Part shown: positions 43,480 to 54,042 of the stretch, in pieces
Position numbering within the stretch: position 1 is the stretch's first letter
Layout: each line of letters starts with the position of its first letter
Source of the DNA: Psammoneis japonica
Taxonomy: Eukaryota
Assembly (NCBI GenBank): GCA_008632985.1
Contig: QPGO01000071.1
Span: 297,516-361,515, forward strand
Length of the DNA: 64,000 nucleotides
Direction: 5' to 3'
The notes under the pieces: model-generated
The model's database searches: none
What the model was told of the DNA's origin: nothing
The model's input: only the letters and a program-made list of their open reading frames with translations
Translations under genes and position numbers: made by a program

Positions 43480-46400
43480 GTCATGAACCTCGGTCGTCCA
43501 AGATTGCCAGTCACCACCCACAGACCCCCATGGTCTGCAGAAGTCCCACAACACCAGTGGCAGCATGTCCAGCATGCAGTTGAGGACTGCAGCAAATCAT
43601 TTGTGGGAGCATGACACAGTGCAACTTTCTGCCAGCAGCACCAGTTGGCGAGACCTTGGTGAACGACATCCAGAGACCAGCCCTGTTTGCCCTCTCAAGA
43701 AAACTTTTTGGGGCTGTCCATCCATTGTTGTCCAATGGAGTCTGCAGCTCAAAACTGCAAAGTGAGTGCTCTGACATGCTCACACATGATTGACTCACTT
43801 CATGGACACTCTCAGTTTTCTTCCGCAGTCTACAAGGACACCATGTGTGGAGTGAAACGAGAAGCAGCTGACGGAAAGTCAAAGTGCACAAGAACATCAC
43901 ACACCATGCAGTGCAAGTCATGCACTCTGGCTTGCATTGCATGTGCAAAATGGAGCCCACCAAAATGCAAAGGACAAAGGATGCAAGCACAACATTTGGT
44001 TGCCATGCTTTCTGAGCGCAGCGAGTCTTGTTGGCAGCAGAAAATTGACTGCAAACAAAAGAAACAAAAAACAATCACATGTGTAAAAGAGAAACCAAAC
44101 AATGTCACCTTTGCTGTGAAGCAAGACTGCAAAACACCAGGAACAATGTTCAAAACCAATCTCTTCTTCCTTGCCTCAATGGCGGTCACCACTTGTCTCA
44201 CTTTTCTGCGCCAGCAATGGCCGCTGAGATCTGTCCGCAGCAACCGGCAGCTGAAGACAAAGTTGCTGCTTTTGCCAAGCTCCTGGCACCAAGATCCCAC
44301 TGTTTTGCATGGGCACCATTGTTTGTTCAAAACAAACAAACAAGCTGGGGTCTGAGGACCCAGCAGCCACCGGGGTTTGGCCCTGAAGGTTCCTGGAAAA
44401 GATGTGTCCCAGCAGCCGTGCGAATGAGCTTTCACCAGCACCAAAAGCATGGATTTGTCCAAATTTTAATGTTTGGCAAAACACTGACAAGACACTCGCA
44501 TCAGTGTTGCAATGCCATTGTTTTTGTGCAATCAATGTTTTTCATTGTGACATGAATGAGTTGCAATGCAGCACCAGTGGATGATTTTTGCCAAAATTTT
44601 TAAAGATTCACACACCATTGCTGTTTGGAGGTTAATGTGAAATGTTTCTGCTGCATTTCACAGTGGTGGTCTGCTCACACAAAATTCTCTGTGACATGAG
44701 TGCTGGCATGCAGATGGCATTGAGCATGGTCTCTGCATGAAAACTTTTGTGACACATGTGTCTGTGAAGACTTGGACACAGACAAAAAATCATTTGAACA
44801 TTCTCACTCTGTTTGAACACACAAAAGCCAGAGTGCATGAGTGTTTTTTAATTGACAGCCTCAACACACGAAGCTTGTGCAAATTGTGCTCAAAAGGGAG
44901 TGCCGTTTTGTGTGTCACCTGGGACTGGAACACATCAAAAGCTTGGGCAATTCAGTGCTGCACCATGATTGGGGATTTCAAGCCTTTTTCCTTTGCCCAG
45001 AGAACCAGGGCAGCTTGCCCAGGGACAAAGGTGAATGGTTCCTCCAGCAGAGGCTGCTGCAAGCCAATGCCCCCAGGGAAAAAAGGCCAAGCTTTGAATG
45101 GAGTTGTCAAGCTGGTGTTCAGATCTGTGCATGAGATGACTCAAGCACTTCACTGTGGACAAACCCAAGGGAGTGGAGGGAGGCAAAGCAAGGAGATGAT
45201 GCAAGACACCCAGGAAGTGCAATGGATGGTTGCCAAGGGCAAACAAGTTCCACAGGGAGCCAGTTGTGGACATCAAGCAGGGCATTCTTCAACAAACAAC
45301 TTGGGAAGATTTGCACTGGAAGATTGTGGCAAACTGCAAGAAGCAACAGGACAATGGGGGAACAATGAGTCAGACAACAAGGGCAAGCATGTGGTGAAGA
45401 ACTGTGCTGAGATGCACCAACTGGAGTTGACTCCTGTTCAGCAGCAGGTGAAAACCACACATTGGCACTTGCATTTGCCCATGATTTACAATGGGTTGAA
45501 GCACTGCACCCCAAAACAGCAAATTGAGAATGCCAGCACACCAGTCAATTTTGTTGGTCTGTTTCCAGCAAAGCACAATGGAGTGACTCAGTGTCGTCAA
45601 TTTGTTGTGTGGCACCACATTTGTTGGGTTGTCATGTTCTTGATTTGAAACAACAGACATCCATTGGAAATTGCAGACATTTGTTTGTTGCCCAACTGCG
45701 CTAATTTTTTGAATGTGGGGGTGATTTTTGATGAATGTGACTGGTTGGTCAAAAAGCAAATTTGCATGATTGCACTCACACATGTTGGCTTTTTGTGCAG
45801 ACTTCAGTCTGGTCATGAGCCATTTGGAGAATTCACAGATTTGCCCCCCAATGTGTTCTGCTGTCAGCAGATCAGTTTCATCCAATGGCAGAATGTCTTC
45901 TCCCTCAACCAGGTGTTGCAATTGTCTGCTGTCAAGCATTCTCTCCTGGGCCCTTTGTCTGGGAGCATCAGATTCATTGCAAACAAGTTTGATGACCAGA
46001 GGGGCAAGGGCATGATGAGCCAATCAAATGCTTCTGATGCCTTTCCCCCAGTTGTGCCCCAGAAATGATGCCAGGCAGTCCCCAGCTTGCTGGCATGAAA
46101 AACCAGGAGATCCAGAGCCTGGCCACTTTGCAGATGCTCTGGCCTCAGCATTTGGAGTTGTTGATCCAGAAAATCCTAAAGGAGCAACTGTTTCAACCTT
46201 CTGTGTGAGGCCAAACTGAAATGTGGTTTGGCAGGATTTTTCTCTCTGGGGCCTGGGTCCAGAGTTTGCATGAAAGGATCTACAATGTGGGAGTGACAGA
46301 TGCAAGCTGCTGTCCACCCTGACAAATCTCCTGCAACGGCTTTGGAAACATCTGGGTGAACCAACAGATTGTGACAATGGATCTTAAGTTTGTCAGAAAA

Positions 46401-48590
46401 GCAATGCCCACAACCACCTTGACAACCCCCTTTTTGCCAAGAGGCTGCACACAACCACCTCCTTGAATGGGGTTTGCAGTTCTCCAAGTGTTGCTGCCAA
46501 CTTGGGTTTGCAGCTCAAACTCTTTTCAGGTGCGCCATGCAAAACATCGGGCAAAATGACATCTCAGTCACACAAAGCCAAAAAAAGCCAGAGAAAAAGC
46601 CCAAAAAGAAACTCAAAAGAAGAAGTTGGGCAAAAAGCTTGGGGGCCCAGGGCATGTGAAGCATGCACAGTGATGGTCGATGCACGGCAGATTTACGATG
46701 GACAGTGGTTCACTTGGAGCCTCAAAGCTCGCTGGTTGGCAAGCAGCTCCCAAACATTGATGCTTGGCTGCTTGACTTTTGCTGCATGTGAGAAGCACAT
46801 GTCAATGCTTGCTCATGCACAAACACATGCATTGTGCATGTTTTTTGTGCTGTCATGGTGTTTTCCTTGCTGCATGTTTGAATGACAGATCTGTGTGTGC
46901 ATTTCTTGGTGTCACCTTGTCATGGATGTCTGGCGCGCACCATCTTCAATGCGGGGTCTCAATGAAAGTCCCCTGCCAATGGAAGAGGGGGCCAATCAGA
47001 TGCACACTGCAATGCTCAAAGCTTTCTGAAAAAAACATGTCGTTGTTGTTTGATGATTGCTGCAACATGGACGCAGCCACCTTGGTTGATCCATCTTAGA
47101 TGGACACGCCACAATCTGAGTGGCGGTGCTCGGACAAAGACACCACAAAAATTGTCAAACTCCTCCGGTCTTTTTTAATCTCATTCAACATTGTCAGTGC
47201 TGACTTGCACAAGACAGTTCTGAGAGAAGGAATTGCAGCAAAATGGAGAAGTGCTGCTGCCCCCGCAAGCTTCCCAACACCATGGGTTTTCAAACTCAGG
47301 CTCAAAAGCCAGCCCAGAAAAAAGCAAAGGAGAAAGCTTTTTCTGGAGTTGCCAAGTTGTCAAGGAAAAATTTGCCATGGTTTTTACAATGTCACTGCAT
47401 CGTCAGCAGAGTTGCAAATTTTGACACTGCCAAACAGTCACGTCACTCAGGAAAAGGTTGTTGAGTGCAAAAGCAGGTGCAAAACAAGGAACCACCTTCA
47501 AAAAGGGCCATGATCCAAGCTGCCCAAAATCCATGTGTCATGGCAAGGACATGAGCACCAAGTGAAACGTGGCCATCCACCACTTCTTTGTTGCCAGCAG
47601 TGCAAGAAAGAACACCAAAAAAATGCAGGGGCTTCCCACTTGACCTCCTTGAGAATGGCAAAGTTTGTTTCATGCACTTCATTTGTCTTTCTGACAACAT
47701 GCAGATGACAAGTCCCAATCTCCTTCGCAATGCTTGCCGCGGCACGGCGGCCATTGTCGTCAACGCAGGGAGGTGTGGGATCGACTGTGGATCATTCCGG
47801 TGAGGGTTGTTGGCGATGACAAGTTTGTTGGGTTGTCTGGGCAGGACAAGAACAGAATGAGAGACACTTTTGCTGCTCTCTCGGCCTTGTCGAATGACAT
47901 GACTCATCACAAAATGAGCACAGCCTGCTGCACTTTCTGAACACTGATGAAAGAAAAAATGTTTGAAGACATTCGTTGTTTTTGTGGTGGCCAGCAATTC
48001 TGTTTTCGATTGGCACAGAGGAAGCGGGAGCAGCTTTGGCACAACAGGCCACAAGGTTGTGCCTTCGCGGAAACGGTGTTGGTGACAACAAGGACAAGTT
48101 CCACTTTCCCTGCATTGTGCTGACAGGTCTTGGACACAGCAAGTCAGTGGACAATGAAGCTGATTCCATGCTTCTGCAGCTCCAAGACTTCGTCAGCAAG
48201 ATGCCATCTGTTTACAAAGACAAGGTGCCATTGTGACCTGCGGAGTCTCAAGCTCGACGGCGGCCAACATCCCACTGGTGGCAGATGATGAGAAGGATGA
48301 CTGCAGCCAGGAAGAGGCAGTGCCCACTCTCGAATGGATGCCACCGCGTGACCTGAACCTCCAGATTTTCTGCTTTAGTCTTGTGGGGATGTCACCGAGG
48401 ATGAACCAGTCATTTGTGGTCATCATCACAGTCCTTGTGGGCACATCTGCATTGCAACAGCTGGAGCAGGAGTTTGTTTTTACAGTGGAGGCGATCATCC
48501 TGCGCATTGTGTGCCGTTCTCTCACGACGAGTCTTCAACATTCTTGCTTCGGTTGGGGATTTTAAGGGATGAATGTCATCCAGCCATCCC
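43480..48590. other. TpA/CpG-depleted hypermutated domain 6
   Basis: TA near absent; right-hand 1 kb keeps CpG but lacks TA. Confidence 0.9.
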
Positions 48591-48870
48591 CAAGAATTAG
48601 GAAACCAAGGGCCAGCCAAAGCGCCTAGACCATGGCACAAATTGGGTATTCAATCAACGCAAAAGTGCAGTGAGCGTAGGCCGAACGGTCAGCGCGTCTT
48701 AAGAATGACCTGCATGAAGCTTCTGGAGGAGATCGGTTTCAAGTGGACTATGAAGTCCTCTAGCAGGCCGCAGTTGGCAGATACTGGTAGCAACGATTTG
48801 ACTGCATCAAAGATCTCGGCCTTCTCTCCGACCCCTGAACAAACGGAAGTGTCTACAACACTGATCTAGG
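47500..48870 (+). pseudogene. Decayed gene ending in a helicase-associated (HA) domain
   Basis: Across frameshifts: HPAIPKN..NWVFNQRK..MKLLEEIGFKW, resembling the HA consensus GH..VP....LG.WV..QR....R...LE.IGF.W. Confidence 0.5.
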
Positions 48871-49206
48871 CCAGATGGCAGTGGTAGACGTAGGTGCATA
48901 TTAACCGAAAATTGTTTTTAGCGATGTACCGTCACGCCTAATCCATAACCTACATCCAAGCACTTGCCGCTACTCGACGGACCTCGATTAGTTTTACCGA
49001 TTGCCGAATAGAAAAAAATCTGAGACCTGCATAAATGTAACTTTAAGCGCGCTTCTGGCTGAACATCACTCAACACAACGTTGTCAGACCATGAAATGAC
49101 TTCCAAGTTCTCTGGATATCGCATTAGACTATTATTTAGCGTGCAGCTAGTAGTCGCATTTATTGACTATTAAAGTCGCCAATGTACTTGTTTAGCTAGA
49201 GCAGCA

Positions 49207-50397
49207 TCACGCCTGTTTGGGACATTTGAGTGAAACGGGTTTCCACCCTCTCTTTCGCAAGTTTTGTTCCACACCGTCCACATGCGCAATGCCCATGACC
49301 GCAACAATTGCAGGGAATTGATTGAGAATGTCAATGCCGTTGGCCATGTACAAGTCTCGTTCCGCCACCATGGCTGTGTAGATTTTGGGTGCCAGCTTTT
49401 TCAACTCCCCCATGAGCAACTTTACATTTTCTTTTGCCTTCATGGTTTCAACGTATTGAGAAAATTCTTGTCGAAACTCGTCATCGTCCTTTAGCTGTTC
49501 CGTCTTGGCATTGACGAGTGCCTCGGTATTGGGTGAGAGTTGCTTCATCATTTCTTCCAATTCCGAGTCAGGACTTAAAAACACATTCAGATCCGTTTCG
49601 GCCAACGCTTGCGTCAATCGTTTCAGCGTTTCTTGAACATCTCGATCACCAAGCACAATTTTGGAACCAACCTTTTTGCCCTCGCGAATGGCCACGGCAA
49701 ATTCTTCGCCCGTTTGGAAACCAGCGTCTTCCATTTTGTTGTACATGCCCCGAATAGCTCCACCCACCGCGGCGGATCCCGCTTGAACGGCACGTTGTTT
49801 CAAATCAAATGGATTTTGTTTTCTTGTTTTTGGTGGTGCGGTCTGTGTATTACTTGACTCAGCCACGACAGCTGTACTGCTATCGCTGATTTCTTCAAAG
49901 GACGCTGGCGGTGGCACAGTCACGAGCTGACCTTCCGATCCTTCCACAGACCCATCGGGCAAGACGCCGAATCGCCCTCCCACGACACGTCGTGCATCCA
50001 ACTCCAAATAGACTGCATCGGGATGAACATCGTCCACCAAGTTCCCAGCTAGCATTGCGGATTGGGATGAAATGTGAGCCGTTCCCAACAAGTACACCTT
50101 GCGACCATTTGCCGGATTTTCCCACACAGAAACCGATGCATCGCATTCGGGTAATTGTTTTGGAGAATCTGCCCACGCTACATCACTACGCGTGCCAATC
50201 ACTGCGCCACCAACGACGGCAGCACCGACTCCCGCTATCCAGTCTCGTCTTGACGACGATGCAAAGAGGGAGGTAACCTGTCGTGTAATACCACTTGACG
50301 TAGAAACAGTAGTAGGTCTTCTTCCTGATGATGGTGAAATCCATGCTTGTACAGCTGGAGCGGCGGCACAAAAAATCAAGAGAGCGAGGGGAACCAT
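49207..50397 (-). CDS. TraB/PrgY (TRABD) family protein with plastid and probable thylakoid-lumen presequence
   Basis: VYLLGTAHIS, VYLELDARR, GEEFAVA, LGDRDVQETLKR, ERDLYMA, VAVMGIAHVDG motifs; signal peptide ending VQA-WISP; SSRRDW..hydrophobic..AWA-D. Confidence 0.88.
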   Translation of the reverse strand: MVPLALLIFCAAAPAVQAWISPSSGRRPTTVSTSSGITRQVTSLFASSSRRDWIAGVGAAVVGGAVIGTRSDVAWADSPKQLPECDASVSVWENPANGRKVYLLGTAHISSQSAMLAGNLVDDVHPDAVYLELDARRVVGGRFGVLPDGSVEGSEGQLVTVPPPASFEEISDSSTAVVAESSNTQTAPPKTRKQNPFDLKQRAVQAGSAAVGGAIRGMYNKMEDAGFQTGEEFAVAIREGKKVGSKIVLGDRDVQETLKRLTQALAETDLNVFLSPDSELEEMMKQLSPNTEALVNAKTEQLKDDDEFRQEFSQYVETMKAKENVKLLMGELKKLAPKIYTAMVAERDLYMANGIDILNQFPAIVAVMGIAHVDGVEQNLRKRGWKPVSLKCPKQA

Positions 50398-50966
50398 GTT
50401 GTGGAAAGTGCCGTTTGCAGGCTTTATGATGTTGTTTCTCTCTTTTGTCGTTTTGCAATCCCTGCTCTTGTAGCAATTCGAAATCATAGGGAGTAACTTT
50501 CACACTCTTGTCAGTTCTCGGATCCACGAACTGATTCAGCGCTCACAACGCAACACAAGTAAACATTCAGCATAGCAGACATGCGGCAAGCGACAACACA
50601 GCGCAGAGAAAGGCAATTGAAATCTGGAAATTCCAAAAAATTGAAAATCGGCAGTCATCATTGCGCGTCGTGCTTCGCGCGCAAAAATCGGATGAAACAA
50701 GTGCGTCATTCCTGCGTCATTTCGTGTTTCGCCACCCACATTTTCAAAATTCTCAATTCTGATTCGTTAAAAGCTCGTACGGTAGGCTTGGTACGTTTCT
50801 ACACAGAGTGACACGCCCACTTCAAATCATCGGAATGTTCTGACGGGAGTGATGTCGCCGAGCCATCAGTTCTCACTTTGTTGTGTGTTGTCATTGGCAA
50901 TTGACACCAACGACAAAGACCTTTCTCATTATACATCTCACAATCTCTTAGCAGAATCACATCATC

Positions 50967-51915
50967 ATGTTGGTTCATGTCGTTGCCGTCTTTCTTACGC
51001 TCCTGTGTTTCACACACGGCTTTTTGTTTGGTGGGGCAGGCATTGCCCATCCCGCTCTGGTTGATTTCCCCAAGACGCAGCAGGGAACGCTGTTGGATGT
51101 GCGTCTCGACATTGGCAAGGAAAAAGAGGATTCCCGTTTAGTGTTGGATGGCATGGGACTCGAGCTCTTGATGGATCCCGAAAAGAGCAAGCACGTGATC
51201 AAAATGCCCGGTTTCAACGGACCTCATCCCAAGCTCTCGAGCGGTGTCAATGCTTTGCGTCTTTCCAAGAAACCTTCGTTTATTGGTATGAACGGCTTCG
51301 CAGAAGTCGAACTAGAGGACGGATGCTGGGAAGTTGTTTGGCGCGAAAACGCCGTGGCGGGATCGCTGATTTGTGGATTCAATCTTCCAAATGAGGTACG
51401 ATCATGGACTTGGCTACGGATACGTTTGTATAATCCTTAGCAACCTCGAATCTGACTTTTGCTCTCTGTATTCCCATACAACTCACAGGTCAAACGCAAC
51501 GAAAACACCCCGACGCTCCCAAAGGGCCGTCTGTACGTTAGCTTTCCTGTATGGACCAAATCCGACTTGGCCGTCTATCAAGAAAAGAAACGCAACGCCG
51601 AAGACAAGGCCATGGCTTTCGGCTTGAAAAGGAAAAGCAACTGGGACTCTATGTCACGGAGCGAAACATTTTCAAAAAGGCCATGCACTACCGCAATGCC
51701 GCGGCCGCCCTGGAGAATTACGAATTAACGGGAATCCACTCGTACAACAAGATTCCAATGGGTACGATGTCATTGAAATGAAGAACGGCTCTTGCTTACC
51801 AATAAGGGCACCGTGTGGACCAAGGAGGATGGGCTTCTGGACCGGATCATACCTGCTTGGTTATGCTGTCGCGCGTCCTCAAGAGGTTGAGACCGACAAC
51901 AAGTTGGCTCCCTAA
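50967..51915 (+). CDS. Conserved hypothetical protein with signal peptide; intron 51396-51488; several apparent 1-bp frameshifts in exon 2
   Basis: Signal-like N-terminus (THG-FLF); GTACG...CAG intron in frame; overlapping ORFs 51459-51728 and 51551-51781 continue the protein; 3' end approximate. Confidence 0.6.
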
Positions 51916-52507
51916 TTATCAAGACACTACTCTCATCATCATCATCAAGAGCACGCATTTGTCCATATTTCCGCTGTACAGCAATACATATTATACTCAC
52001 ACATCCACCGTCAGAGATTCTTCATGCACCAAAACACTCAACGAGACCAAGATTTTGTTTATAGACCACAATGAAACGCACACAAGATAATACTACGCAT
52101 TCAAGAAACAATCAAATGTACTCCTCGATATTCCTGACGATTATACAACAGACGACTAAACATAGATCACTACACATGTCGCAAAAATAGTCTACTCTAC
52201 TACGGTAGAAGCTATTGTACGATGCTCTCACGCACACTCCTGATTGACGTTTAGAGCGCATGTTTTACTATCTTTGGAGCTCACATTTTCGTGTAAGAAG
52301 TTACTATGGTAGCATGCTTTGATTCGAGCTCCAAATCAGCTATAAACTCAATTGAAAAACGCCAACGCGATCTTTCATCATGATTTGTGACACTCCGATG
52401 TGTGTGCTGACGCATCAACCTTGCCAGGAACACGGTTATTTTGTCAGAGTTCATGCAACGACAACACTCTACAGCAGCACTTCCCATCGTTATCTATACT
52501 CCTTAGC

Positions 52508-53422
52508 ATGGGTTTTGGAATTTCACCGGCTGCGCTGACTGAATTCGCCTCAAGGCCTTATATTCGTCAAGCACTGGCGAATCCGTTCCACCCGCATTCG
52601 GTGCTCTCCTTTTTTACCGTGAGTTGTGCGTCGTTGCGCTGATTTGTTGTTTCTTTCGTAGTTGCTTGTATGGATCGGTGCTCTCCGTTGTTGCCGTGAG
52701 TATGTGTGTCGTTGCTCATTTGTGTTTTGTGGTGCTTGTCGCACTGGATTTCTAAAAAAATATTCCTCTATTCGCAGGGCGTTGATTACAAAGACAAGGA
52801 TGCGGCAGAAAAGTTACAACAAGGACAATTTATTCTCGAAGCAAGTCCTTTGTGGTTCGGCGGAGGAGACGAATACGACGAGCTTTGTTGTGCCTTTATT
52901 CCCGTTATTCGTGAGGCTGGAAAAGGAGCGCTAAGTGAGGATCCGTGGCAAACCACCATTGATGGCAAGTGCGCACAGCTGGTATTATTTGATCAATTGT
53001 CTCGAAACTGTTTCCGAGGCACGGACGAAGCCTTCTGTTACGACGAGTTGGGGACCGCACTTTGCAATGATTTGGCACGTGTCGCTCTCTCGGGCGAAAC
53101 GAACGACTTTGGGTTGGAGGGAACCTTTTATCCACCCTACGCCAGCTTTGTTGCGACGGGACTCATGCATTCGGAGCAACTCGAAAATCACGAAACTTGC
53201 GTAAAAGTTTTGGACTGGGCCAAAGCAAACGTGGCAGACGAGAAGGTAAAGGCATTCTTTCAAGGCCAAGAAGGATTTGAAATGGAACATAAAAATATAA
53301 TTGATCGATTTGGCCGATATCCGCATCGCAATGCGAAATTGGGACGATCGAGTACACCAGAAGAAAGAGAGTGGTTGTCCAAAGACGACGAATTGCCAGG
53401 ATGGGCCAAGAGTCAAGGGTAG
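52508..53422 (+). CDS. DUF924 family protein; intron 52619-52777
   Basis: LWFGG, LFDQLSRNCFRGT..AF, LMHSE, EH..IIDRFGRYPHRNAKLGRSSTPEE motifs; GTGAGT...CAG phase-0 intron. Confidence 0.9.
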
Positions 53423-54042
53423 TATACTGAATACTCGAGGTAGCTAATTGTGCAGTCTTTGCTGGTGCCACCTTTCTATTGCTGTTGCATGGGCTGTTTT
53501 GAAAGAGCAATTTCAGACTCCCGTCAAACGAGCAGCAGGTTTACAACGGAGAAGAATCACTCTGGTGAAAGCTGAGCTCTGACGAAAGTTATAGGTTCAC
53601 GTAAAGTGCTGTTTTCTTGAAGGAATCATTATTGTTTATGGCAGCCGTCTCATTTTCATGCTCATACGTATGCTCCAGTTTCGACAGGCTACGAACCCAA
53701 GAAACACCATTGTGCAAATGCGTGCTGCGATTCAACATTAGCTCGACACGTTGATGGAATAGGATCCAGCAACACTTTCTATTGCGCCGACTTCAAACAG
53801 CTACAGCACCTTTGAGAAAAGCGAAAAATCTCTAGATTAGATCAAATTGGATTGGAATACTGCACAAAACTGACATCGCAGTCTATCGTACATTAGAGTA
53901 TAGAGCACAGGTAACAATAATAGAAAACTAATTAAATGTAATCATGTTACTTACAGCCACACAACAGTCGTGGTATCGTCCTTTGACATTCATTCATCAC
54001 AAACATTCTGTACACAGTTGCTTCTGCCATGCCGTTCCACAG

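Noticed and set aside
43900..46500. Possible transposase (piggyBac-like Cys-rich tail) or other ORF relics
   Set aside because: Cys pattern is uninformative in this compositional background; no catalytic motif recognised
2740..48590. Classical RIP or plain 5mC decay as a full explanation of the biased domains
   Set aside because: RIP increases TpA and 5mC decay does not remove it; edge zones lose TA while retaining CpG
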